A stretch of DNA of 64,000 bases. Origin: a virus. Lineage: Duplodnaviria > Heunggongvirae > Uroviricota > Caudoviricetes. The first letter of the stretch is position 1; the number at the start of each line of letters is the position of its first letter. Below, piece by piece: positions 27,575 to 36,709 of the stretch. The translations under genes and the position numbers were made by a program. The DNA lies in IMG/VR virus record IMGVR_UViG_3300034061_003277, positions 64,479 through 128,478 of that record. One strand, written 5' to 3'. Under the pieces are notes generated by a model. The model made no database searches and had not been told where the DNA came from. It was given only the letters and a program-made list of their open reading frames with translations.

Positions 27575-27606
27575 TTTGGCCTTCGGGCCATTTTTTATTA
27601 TCTTTA
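27575..27606 (+). promoter_or_regulatory. Host-sigma promoter with embedded cUUCGg hairpin and U-tract
   Basis: TTTG-N20-TATCTTTA; hairpin identical to the copy at 22441. Confidence 0.65.
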
Positions 27607-27620
27607 TAAAAACAACTGTT

Positions 27621-28151
27621 ATGAAAATAGGATTTTGTGGGACAATGAGTGTAGGTAAGTCAACACTCGTACATGCATTAAAAGAATTACCTGAATTTAA
27701 AGATTATTATTTTGCTACTGAACGTAGTAAGTATTTACGCGATTTAGGTATTCCATTAAATACTGATAGTACATTAAAAGGACAAACAATATTCTTAGCT
27801 GAACGTTGTTCTGAATTAATGCGTGAAGATGTTATCACTGATAGAACAATTATTGATGTGATTTCATTTGCTAAATGTGCTAATTCAATTCATGATGAAT
27901 ACAAAGAAGCATTTGTTAAGTATGCTGCTCCATTAATTTGGGAGTATGATTATATATTTTACGTGTCACCTGTTGGAGTTAGTATCGAAGATAATGGAGT
28001 AAGAGAAACAGATGCTGGGTATCGTAAACTAATTGATATTACTATTAAGGGTGTTATCAATGAAAATTTAAATCATATCCAAAACTTTGGTATTATTGCT
28101 GGCACTACTGAGGAGAGAATTAGACAAATTAAATCTTATTTGGGATTTTAA
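27621..28151 (+). CDS. P-loop NTPase (NadR/AAA_28-type nucleotide kinase-like)
   Basis: GFCGTMSVGKSTL Walker A, ITDRTIID, EDNGVRET; start reassigned to ATG 27621. Confidence 0.75.
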   Translation: MKIGFCGTMSVGKSTLVHALKELPEFKDYYFATERSKYLRDLGIPLNTDSTLKGQTIFLAERCSELMREDVITDRTIIDVISFAKCANSIHDEYKEAFVKYAAPLIWEYDYIFYVSPVGVSIEDNGVRETDAGYRKLIDITIKGVINENLNHIQNFGIIAGTTEERIRQIKSYLGF

Positions 28152-28184
28152 TATATTTATCATCAAAATCTAAATCCTAAAACA

Positions 28185-28796
28185 ATGAAACAACTTAATT
28201 TATTAAGACAAATTATTAAAGAAACCATCGCTGAGATGGATATTGATGAAATGGCTCGTCCTCCTAAAGGTATATCTTTAGTAGACGACTGGAAAGAAAA
28301 ATTAGCCGATCTAAAATCAGCTGAAATGACAAGCCCAGAAGATGCTGTTTTAAAAAGTAAAATATACGGTAAGAAAGGTGAACTTATGAAAACCGTTAAT
28401 GATATTACTACAGCTATGTCTGAAAAAGACGGTTCATCAAAAGGAATGATGACTAAGCAAAATGTAGCTAACTTAACTAGCCCTAAAGGAGTTGGAGACA
28501 CAGCTGGTTTAGCTCAAACTTTTAAAGCATTAACAAAATTCGGAATCTTAGAACCATCATCAGGATATGTTCAAGCAGATGACGAAACTGGAGATATTAC
28601 TGGAGATTATGAATTCAAAGCAAAACCAAAATCAGAAAACCCTGGTGCTAAAGGTCGTCCAAGAGTTGTAGATCCTGGTGTAAAATCAATAGGAGAGAAA
28701 ATTGCTGCTAAATTCGCTAAAGGAATTACAGATTTCACAGATGAGGAAAAAGCATATATTATGAATCTTTCTAAGATGGCTAAATCTAAAAAATAA
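28185..28796 (+). CDS. Hypothetical protein, candidate internal head protein
   Basis: LLRQIIKETIAE leader; KGRPR AT-hook-like motif. Confidence 0.65.
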   Translation: MKQLNLLRQIIKETIAEMDIDEMARPPKGISLVDDWKEKLADLKSAEMTSPEDAVLKSKIYGKKGELMKTVNDITTAMSEKDGSSKGMMTKQNVANLTSPKGVGDTAGLAQTFKALTKFGILEPSSGYVQADDETGDITGDYEFKAKPKSENPGAKGRPRVVDPGVKSIGEKIAAKFAKGITDFTDEEKAYIMNLSKMAKSKK

Positions 28797-28811
28797 TCTT
28801 AAAAAATAGTT

Positions 28812-30392
28812 ATGAGTGAATCCCCAAACATTAGGGAGATAATTCGTGAAGAGTTTGTAAAGTGCGCCACTGATCCGGCGCACTTTATGAACAAATACTG
28901 CTTTATTCAACACCCACAAAGAGGTAGAATACATTTTAATCTTTATCCATTCCAAAGTAAAGTATTACATTTATGGAGAGATAATCCATATAGTATAGTA
29001 TTAAAATCACGCCAATTAGGTATATCAACACTAGCTGCTGGTTACTCTTTATGGCTTATGATGTTTCATAAGGACAAAAACGTATTATGTATAGCTACTA
29101 AACAAGAAACTGCTCGTAACATGGTTACGAAAGTTAAATTCATGTTTGACAACCTCCCATCATGGCTAAAAATACCAGCAGACGAAAATAATAAACTATC
29201 ACTACGTCTAAACAACGGATCACAAATTAAAGCCACATCTGCAAGTAGTGATGCAGGTCGATCAGAAGCAGTATCTTTGCTACTAGTCGATGAGGCAGCG
29301 TTTATTGAAGGAATTGGTGAGATATGGGCATCTGCTCAACAAACCTTAGCAACCGGTGGTGGAGCAATTGTATTATCTACTCCTTATGGTACTGGTAACT
29401 GGTTCCACCAAACATGGGTTAGAGCAGAAGCTCAAGAAAATGACTTTTTACCTATTAAATTACCTTGGTTTGTCCATCCTGAAAGAAATGAAGAATGGAG
29501 AAAAAAACAAGATGAATTATTAGGTGATCCTAGAATAGCGGCACAAGAGTGTGACTGTGATTTTAGTACATCTGGAGATATAGTATTCTATAGTGAATGG
29601 TTAGAATTTATTGGTCAAACAACTATTAAAGAACCATTAGAAAGAAGAGGAGCAGACCAAAATTTATGGATCTGGGAACCGGCTGATTATACACGAGATT
29701 ATTTAGTTACAGCCGACGTTGCTCGTGGGGATAGCAAAGACTTTTCAGCATTCCATGTTATAGACATAGCAACTAATACTCAAGTAGCAGAATATAAAGG
29801 ACAATTATCACCTAAAGAATTTGGTTATTTCTTAGTAGCTATAGCTACAGAATATAATCAAGCTCTATTAGCTGTAGAAAATGCTAACATAGGATGGGCT
29901 ACATTAGACTCAATACAAGAAAGAGGATATAGAAATCTATATTTTTCTCCTAAATCTGACACTAATGTTACAGCTGAGACATATTTTAACAAATTTGAAA
30001 ACCCAGACAATACTGTTCCTGGTTTTACAATGTCTATGAGAACAAGACCACTAGTAATTAATAAATTTAGGGAGTATATCGGCGATAAAAGCGTTACTAT
30101 ACAGTCTAAACGGTTACTAGAGGAAATGAAAGTATTTATATGGAAAAATGGTCGACCTGAAGCTCAATCGGGTTATAACGACGATTTAGTAATGAGTTTT
30201 GGCATAGCTATGTATCTAAGAGATACATCTTTAAAATTTAGACAGCAAAGTTTAGATCTTACACGAAATATGTTAAATAATATTACTTCAGCTAGGAATT
30301 CTTCTTTAGGTGCGTATAATACAGCGAGTCCAAATAACCCATATAATTTTAATGTTAATGGGCAACAGGAAGATTTAAATTGGTTATTTTAA
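28812..30392 (+). CDS. terL: Terminase large subunit (T4 gp17-like)
   Basis: KSRQLGIST, LLVDEAAF Walker B, STPYG coupling motif, nuclease ADVARG..DFS and DDLVMS. Confidence 0.95.
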   Translation: MSESPNIREIIREEFVKCATDPAHFMNKYCFIQHPQRGRIHFNLYPFQSKVLHLWRDNPYSIVLKSRQLGISTLAAGYSLWLMMFHKDKNVLCIATKQETARNMVTKVKFMFDNLPSWLKIPADENNKLSLRLNNGSQIKATSASSDAGRSEAVSLLLVDEAAFIEGIGEIWASAQQTLATGGGAIVLSTPYGTGNWFHQTWVRAEAQENDFLPIKLPWFVHPERNEEWRKKQDELLGDPRIAAQECDCDFSTSGDIVFYSEWLEFIGQTTIKEPLERRGADQNLWIWEPADYTRDYLVTADVARGDSKDFSAFHVIDIATNTQVAEYKGQLSPKEFGYFLVAIATEYNQALLAVENANIGWATLDSIQERGYRNLYFSPKSDTNVTAETYFNKFENPDNTVPGFTMSMRTRPLVINKFREYIGDKSVTIQSKRLLEEMKVFIWKNGRPEAQSGYNDDLVMSFGIAMYLRDTSLKFRQQSLDLTRNMLNNITSARNSSLGAYNTASPNNPYNFNVNGQQEDLNWLF

Positions 30393-30411
30393 TATTTATA
30401 AATAAAAACAA

Positions 30412-32328
30412 ATGGCAGATACTAACATTTTTACCCGACTAAGACGATTATTCTCAACTGATGTAATAATTCGTAATGCCGGAGGAAACGAGTTAAAAGT
30501 AATGGATGTTAATACTATCCAAACAAGTGGAGAATACTCAAATAATTCTCTAATGGATAGATTTAATCGCATATATTCAACTAATAGCACATCACTTTAC
30601 GGAGCTCAATTAAATCTTAACTATCAGTATCTTCGCCCCCAATTATACTCAGATTACGATGCTATGGATACAGATGCGATTATCTCATCAGCATTAGATA
30701 TCATAGCAGACGAAAGTACATTAAAAAATGATATGGGTGAGGTACTTCAAATTAGAAGTAGTGATGAAGATATCCAAAAGATATTATACAACTTATTTTA
30801 TGATGTATTAAATATTGAATTCAATTTATGGTCTTGGGTTCGCCAAATGTGTAAATATGGTGACTTTTTCTTAAAACTTGAAATCACTGAAAAGTTTGGT
30901 GTATATAATGTTATACCATACACCGCTTATCATATTATGAGAGAAGAAGGATATGACAAAGCAGCACCAGCAGCAGTAAGATTCAAATATAGCCCAGATG
31001 GATATGCCGGAGGAAGTGGATATTATGGTACTCCAAACGCTTATGGTTCATACAATAATAACAAAGATGATAATTCTATCTATTTTGATAATTATGAGAT
31101 GGCTCATTTTCGTTTAATGACTGATGTTAACTATCTTCCATATGGTAGATCATATCTAGAACCTGCTCGTAAATTATTTAAACAATATGTTTTAATGGAA
31201 GATGCTATGCTTATTCATAGAATTGCTCGCGCCCCAGAAAAACGTATTTTCTATGTAAACGTTGGTTCTATTCCTCCAAATGAAGTTGAAAACTTCATGC
31301 AGAAGACTATTTCTTCTATGAAGAGAACACCTCTTATGGATCCTCAAACAGGTGAATATAATTTAAAATACAATCAACAAAATATGTTGGAAGATTTTTA
31401 TATTCCTATTAGAGGTAATGACCAAACAACTCGTATTGAACCTACAAAAGGTATGGAATATGATGGTATCACAGACGTAGTTTATTTAAGAGATAAATTA
31501 TTCGCTGCTTTAAAAGTACCTAAAGCGTTTATGGGTTACGAGAAGGATTTAACAGGTAAAGCAACATTAGCCGCCGAAGATATTCGATTTGCTCGTACAA
31601 TTGACCGTATCCAACGTATCATGCTATCAGAATTATATAAAATAGCATTAGTTCATTTATATACTCAAGGGTATAAGAGTGAAAATTTAACTAATTTTGA
31701 TTTAACATTAACTACTCCTTCTATCATATATGATCAAGAAAGAATAGCATTAATGAAAGAAAAAGTAGATTTAGCTCGCCAGATGATGGAAACTAAACTA
31801 TTACCTACCAATTGGATTTACGATAACATATTCCACTTAAGTGAGGATCAATATGATGAATATAGAGATTTAATCACACAAGATCAAAAGCGTACCTTTA
31901 GATTAAAACAAATAGAAAATGAAGGTAATGACCCAATGGAATCTGGTAAATCATATGGTACACCTCATGATCTAGCTTATCTATACGGTAAAGGCAGATA
32001 CGCAGGTATGGACGGAGGAGTACCAGCAGGATATGGTGAAGATTTAACACTAGGTCGCCCTAAAGAAAGAGCATCTGACATAGGTACTCAAGATAATGCT
32101 TTAGGCACAGACAGATTAGGAAATATAGGTATGAAGAAAGGAGACGATACAGGTGAAGATAAAAATATAGGAAATAATTTTAAAGGTAATTCACCTTTAG
32201 CGTTAGAAAATGCTCAAGTTTCATTTCTAAAAAATAGACAACTGTTTGAAAGTTTAGAAAAGAAAATAGTATTCGCACATCAACCTGAAGAGAAATCGTT
32301 ATTAGATGAATCTAATATAAAGGAATAA
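30412..32328 (+). CDS. gp20: Portal protein (T4 gp20-like)
   Basis: GRSYLE.ARK...LMEDAMLIHRIARAPEKRIFYVNVG, EDFYIP, LFAALKVPK motifs. Confidence 0.95.
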   Translation: MADTNIFTRLRRLFSTDVIIRNAGGNELKVMDVNTIQTSGEYSNNSLMDRFNRIYSTNSTSLYGAQLNLNYQYLRPQLYSDYDAMDTDAIISSALDIIADESTLKNDMGEVLQIRSSDEDIQKILYNLFYDVLNIEFNLWSWVRQMCKYGDFFLKLEITEKFGVYNVIPYTAYHIMREEGYDKAAPAAVRFKYSPDGYAGGSGYYGTPNAYGSYNNNKDDNSIYFDNYEMAHFRLMTDVNYLPYGRSYLEPARKLFKQYVLMEDAMLIHRIARAPEKRIFYVNVGSIPPNEVENFMQKTISSMKRTPLMDPQTGEYNLKYNQQNMLEDFYIPIRGNDQTTRIEPTKGMEYDGITDVVYLRDKLFAALKVPKAFMGYEKDLTGKATLAAEDIRFARTIDRIQRIMLSELYKIALVHLYTQGYKSENLTNFDLTLTTPSIIYDQERIALMKEKVDLARQMMETKLLPTNWIYDNIFHLSEDQYDEYRDLITQDQKRTFRLKQIENEGNDPMESGKSYGTPHDLAYLYGKGRYAGMDGGVPAGYGEDLTLGRPKERASDIGTQDNALGTDRLGNIGMKKGDDTGEDKNIGNNFKGNSPLALENAQVSFLKNRQLFESLEKKIVFAHQPEEKSLLDESNIKE

Positions 32329-32361
32329 GGACTTCGTCATATTTATAATAAAAAATTCTTA

Positions 32362-33216
32362 ATGGAAATTAAACATTCCAAATATAAAAATACGGGTATT
32401 CTTTTTGAGTTACTCGTTAGACAAATTACATCTGATACTTTGTCAAATAAAGACTCAAAGGCTACTGGTATCCTCAAAAAACATTTTGTTAAGACAGAAT
32501 TAGGGAGAGAATATAAGTTGTATGAGACTTTGTTAAAAAATACCAACTTAAGTGAGGGTAAAGCAGATATGATAACAAACACTGTTTTGGAATCTGCTAA
32601 GCATCTTAATCAATCTATACTAAAAAGACAAAAGTATAATTTGATTAAAGAGATAAAACAACATTACAATATAGATGAGTTTTTTAAAACTAAATTGCCT
32701 AATTATAAGGCTCAAGCTTCTATATATATTTTGTTAGAAAATTATACTCAAGATGGCTCACCTAATCTAACACAAATTATCGATAATAAGATTACTCTTT
32801 TAGAATATTTAACATCTTCTAATTTAGATAAGAAAAATGTAGAAAGTGAAGTAATAGAGGAATTTAACTCACACGATAAAGACATACGTATCTTAACATA
32901 TAAAATTCTTTTAGAGAAATTTAATGCTAAATATGATAGCTTAAATTCTAACCAAAAATTAGTCTTAAAAGAATTCATCAACTCAACTGACTCAACCCCA
33001 AAACTAAAAATATTCTACAACCAGAAGATAAACGAAATAAAAAACGAGTTATCTATGTTGAGAATTACAGTGTCAGATAAAGTAACTAAAATAAAATTAG
33101 ACGAAGTTTCTTCACTTTTAAAGGAATTAGATAAAACATCTAATATGACCAATGATCATATGGTTAATTTGCTCCAATACTATGAGTTGTTGGAAGAATT
33201 GAAAAAAATTAAGTAA
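32362..33216 (+). CDS. Head-module protein of unknown function (284 aa)
   Basis: Between portal and protease; helical; TATTTATA at 32340. Confidence 0.65.
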   Translation: MEIKHSKYKNTGILFELLVRQITSDTLSNKDSKATGILKKHFVKTELGREYKLYETLLKNTNLSEGKADMITNTVLESAKHLNQSILKRQKYNLIKEIKQHYNIDEFFKTKLPNYKAQASIYILLENYTQDGSPNLTQIIDNKITLLEYLTSSNLDKKNVESEVIEEFNSHDKDIRILTYKILLEKFNAKYDSLNSNQKLVLKEFINSTDSTPKLKIFYNQKINEIKNELSMLRITVSDKVTKIKLDEVSSLLKELDKTSNMTNDHMVNLLQYYELLEELKKIK

Positions 33217-33217
33217 T

Positions 33218-33727
33218 ATGTTAAGTGAAAAACTAAAAGCGGTAATACGATCTGTAGTAAAAGAGATGAGCGCCACTGGTACTGGTGCTTCATATACTAC
33301 TGGAACAGGTATTGCTACTGCTACACCTGTTGTTAAAAAGAAAAACACAGCTAAAAATGCTAGTCAATATTTTAAAGCAGGTTATAAATTAGTTGACTCA
33401 GAAAAACTGGCTAAAAACTCTAAAGCTATTGATACCAAAAAATTGTGGGTTAACGAAGAGTCGGACGCTAAATTTAATATAGACGACTATATTAGTGGTT
33501 TAAATATTGAAGATGAAAAACTTAAAAAACATATAGCTGGAAAGATCGGAGATTATGATCAAATAGAAGCCCAACTAAATGATTTAAAAGATTTATTAGT
33601 TAAAGCTAAATACGACACTATAAATTACTATAAAGAAAACCCATCATATGATATAAAATACAGTACTAGTACTGCTAAAGAATATTTAAATGATTTAATT
33701 GAACTTTTCCAACCTAAACAAAAATGA
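33218..33727 (+). CDS. Hypothetical head-module protein
   Basis: KLKAVIRSVVKE leader helix. Confidence 0.6.
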   Translation: MLSEKLKAVIRSVVKEMSATGTGASYTTGTGIATATPVVKKKNTAKNASQYFKAGYKLVDSEKLAKNSKAIDTKKLWVNEESDAKFNIDDYISGLNIEDEKLKKHIAGKIGDYDQIEAQLNDLKDLLVKAKYDTINYYKENPSYDIKYSTSTAKEYLNDLIELFQPKQK

Positions 33728-35442
33728 AAACAATACAAGAACAATACAACCTACTTAAAGAAGGTAAAGGTAATAAAGACGTTTTTATGAAGTCTGTACG
33801 TAACCTATTTCCTGAATATGTTAATCAATATACATCATATAATGATGCTGTTAATATTTTAAAAAGCAAAAGCGTTATTAGTGAAGGAATTGGAGGTTTA
33901 GTAACATCATCTAATAAAACTCCGGATTGGTTTTCTATCTTTAATGAGAATATGGACTCTCTTAAAGAAGCAAAAGCTGAAGAAAAGAAACCTACTAAAG
34001 ATGTAACTGATATGGAAACACGTGGTTTTGATTACAAAGATCCTAAAAATATTGATAATGTTTACGGACAAGAATTTTTAGTTGGATATTATGCTGAAAT
34101 GAAAGATCCTAAAAATGAGGACAAAAGTGTTGATGAATTAAAAGCTATTGTAGCTAAAAATTTAGCTAAAGATAATCAACATTATGTTAAAGACGGACAG
34201 TTTGGTGTTAAAGGATTAGGATATGAAGTTAAAGCTCCTGCTTTAGGTGAACCTAAAGAAGCAAAAGGCAAATATAAATCATCTGGAATGGAACCAGTTA
34301 AAATAACAGAATCTAAAGCAGATGATGAATTAGAAGAAATGATTCAAATTCGCCCACAAAAAGGTAGTGGTGGAAAACGTTTCATTCCTTCATTCCATAT
34401 GCTCCCTAAAGAAGCGGCTAACGCTTTCCCAGGACTTATTAAAATGGTTAACTCACCTGCAGGTGTAGAAATGTATATATCAGCTAAATTACCACCAGTA
34501 TTTGCCGCTATACATAGAGGTCGTCAAGATGTTCGTAATTTGCCTCCGATGCTTAAAAAAGTACAAGACAAATTATCAAACGAAATTATTAATTTAATTA
34601 AGAACAATTTTGATAATAAAACTGTTGTAGTAAACGGAGAACCAATGCATAAGGTAAATTTACCTATAGCTAAAGTAGAAAACGGAGACTACAAAATTAC
34701 AACTCCATTCGCAGCTGGATTAACTGAATCTTATATGGATGATCTAGAAGCAGCTAAAAAAGAAGCACAAGAGAATTCTAAAGAAGGATATGTTCAGCAT
34801 GTAAACAAAACTGATAACGGATATGAAATATCTGATTGGTACGATAGTGATACTACAGTATATAGCTATGAGAACGGTGAAGAAATTAATAACCGTGAAG
34901 ATATGTTTATGGATGATGAGTTTGCTAATGATTTAGATAATTATGATGACGACATGTATGATCAAAGTTATCAATGGGATGATGAAAACCCAGATTTAAG
35001 AGATTTAGGTGCTAATCTAAGTATGTATGAGCAAAAGTTTCGTTCAATAATTTCACAGCTTATCAAAGAAGAACTTGATATGAAATATATTGAAGAAGTT
35101 GGTGAAGATGCTAAAAATAAAGCAATGCGTGTTAAAATTGATAAAGAAATAAACATGCGTAAGAAAAAACTTAAAGCATTAACTACTTTAACTGAACTTG
35201 AAGAAGATTCTGTTAATCCTAAAAAAGTAAAAGAATTAAAAAAGGAAATTGAGAAGTTAGAAGCTGCTAAGAAGAAATTAACTGGTGGAAAAAAAGAAAG
35301 CAAAGAAGTAGAAGAGGCATTATATGATTTAGACCCAACTAGCACAACAGACAAACCAGTAGTAGCTACCAGCTCGGCGGCGAAAGGCGCTATAACAAGA
35401 GCTGGAGGCAAAGAAATCCCAGGAACTAAAGACGCTAGATAA
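33724..35442 (+). CDS. Multi-module head-associated protein (572 aa)
   Basis: Many [IL]-x-E sites (LKE, ISE, ITE, LTE) separating segments; IISQLIKEEL helix. Confidence 0.65.
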   Translation: MKTIQEQYNLLKEGKGNKDVFMKSVRNLFPEYVNQYTSYNDAVNILKSKSVISEGIGGLVTSSNKTPDWFSIFNENMDSLKEAKAEEKKPTKDVTDMETRGFDYKDPKNIDNVYGQEFLVGYYAEMKDPKNEDKSVDELKAIVAKNLAKDNQHYVKDGQFGVKGLGYEVKAPALGEPKEAKGKYKSSGMEPVKITESKADDELEEMIQIRPQKGSGGKRFIPSFHMLPKEAANAFPGLIKMVNSPAGVEMYISAKLPPVFAAIHRGRQDVRNLPPMLKKVQDKLSNEIINLIKNNFDNKTVVVNGEPMHKVNLPIAKVENGDYKITTPFAAGLTESYMDDLEAAKKEAQENSKEGYVQHVNKTDNGYEISDWYDSDTTVYSYENGEEINNREDMFMDDEFANDLDNYDDDMYDQSYQWDDENPDLRDLGANLSMYEQKFRSIISQLIKEELDMKYIEEVGEDAKNKAMRVKIDKEINMRKKKLKALTTLTELEEDSVNPKKVKELKKEIEKLEAAKKKLTGGKKESKEVEEALYDLDPTSTTDKPVVATSSAAKGAITRAGGKEIPGTKDAR

Positions 35443-35444
35443 TA

Positions 35445-36059
35445 ATGAAACAAGTACTGATAGAAACACAATACTTTACTGCTAAGTCTATTAAGTTAGA
35501 TGAAGGAAAATCCCCAACAGGTAATCCTATTGTCCAAGGTATTTTAGCAACAGCTGAAGTTAAAAACGGCAATGGTAGATACTATTCTAAAGATTTATGG
35601 GAACGTGAGATTGATAAGTATATGGAAAATGTCACTGCTAATAGAGCATTAGGCGAATTAGACCACCCAGACTCATCTATTATCAATTTAAAAAACGTAT
35701 CTCATAACATTAAAAAGATTTGGTGGGACGGAGACAACGTGTTGGGAGCAATTGAACTTTTACCTACACCCTCAGGTAATATTTTAAGATCATTATTCGA
35801 AAACAACATACCAGTAGGTGTTTCATCTCGTGGTATGGGTTCATTAAAACAAATGGGTGATTTAATGGAAGTACAAGATGATTTTGAATTATTATGTTGG
35901 GATTTTGTTTCAACACCATCAAACCCAGGTTCATACATGGCTCCAGCTGGAGGAATGATGAATGAAGGTTTAAATGCTAAATCTTTTAGTAAATACTCTA
36001 AAGTTAACTCATTAATAACTGACATACTTTGTTCACAAGGTACTTGTCCCGTTTGGTAA
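35445..36059 (+). CDS. gp21: Prohead core protease (T4 gp21-like)
   Basis: NGNGRYY, ALGELDHP, GVSSRGMGS, WDFVSTPS motifs. Confidence 0.95.
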   Translation: MKQVLIETQYFTAKSIKLDEGKSPTGNPIVQGILATAEVKNGNGRYYSKDLWEREIDKYMENVTANRALGELDHPDSSIINLKNVSHNIKKIWWDGDNVLGAIELLPTPSGNILRSLFENNIPVGVSSRGMGSLKQMGDLMEVQDDFELLCWDFVSTPSNPGSYMAPAGGMMNEGLNAKSFSKYSKVNSLITDILCSQGTCPVW

Positions 36060-36063
36060 AACT

Positions 36064-36510
36064 ATGAAAAAATTACAATTAAAACAAATCATCAAAGAAG
36101 AACTAAAAAAAGTTTTAAAAGAAGCTTCATCTTCAGAATTCGCATCAATTGAGTCAGCATTAAATGATTTTTATGATTCTTATCTCGCTAAAGATCTTAG
36201 ACTAAGTAAAGAAATTACTTCTGAGGAAAGAATTAAAAGACTTGAATCGTTTATAAATGTATTAAAATCATATATTGGTAAACTTAATAGCGGCATTGAA
36301 GAAGAAAATTTCTGGATTGATAAAGCTAAAAATATTACAGAATCTGATGAAGTATTAACTTACGATGAATTATTTGCCAAATACAACCCAGAAGATGGAC
36401 CAGCTTTCTTAGATGGTTTGGAAGATGAACCTGGTTTTAAATTATTACCATCTGAAAAGCGAAGATATTTAGTTAAATGGTTAGAACATCAAAAAAGAAT
36501 GGATAGATAA
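36064..36510 (+). CDS. Hypothetical protein, candidate internal head protein
   Basis: MKKLQLKQIIKEELKKVLKEA leader. Confidence 0.65.
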   Translation: MKKLQLKQIIKEELKKVLKEASSSEFASIESALNDFYDSYLAKDLRLSKEITSEERIKRLESFINVLKSYIGKLNSGIEEENFWIDKAKNITESDEVLTYDELFAKYNPEDGPAFLDGLEDEPGFKLLPSEKRRYLVKWLEHQKRMDR

Positions 36511-36538
36511 CCTCTCCTAAAATAGTATTTTAGGATTG

Positions 36539-36568
36539 ATGCCTCTCGAAAGAGAGGCATTTCTTTTT
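36539..36568 (+). terminator. Intrinsic terminator
   Basis: ATGCCTCTC-GAAA-GAGAGGCAT followed by ttcttttt. Confidence 0.8.
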
Positions 36569-36599
36569 CATCCATGTGCATTTTTAAAGAATCCTCATA

Positions 36600-36709
36600 T
36601 ATGTATATTAGAATATACTGCTCATCTATGCAGTATCTATTAACTAACTATCTATTACGTTTCTTAATAAACGTATTTCCAAAACAAATTAATTGAGGAG
36701 AAAAACAAA
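36600..36709 (+). promoter_or_regulatory. Late-promoter variant (TATGTATA) and structured 5' leader of the scaffold-capsid operon
   Basis: Hairpins 36615-36636 and 36656-36675; GAGGAG at 36695-36700, 9 nt before ATG. Confidence 0.5.

Noticed and set aside
28185-28796. Gene upstream of terL as the small terminase subunit
   Set aside because: Position fits, but I see no terminase-small motifs and it carries the head-cargo-type leader; left unassigned
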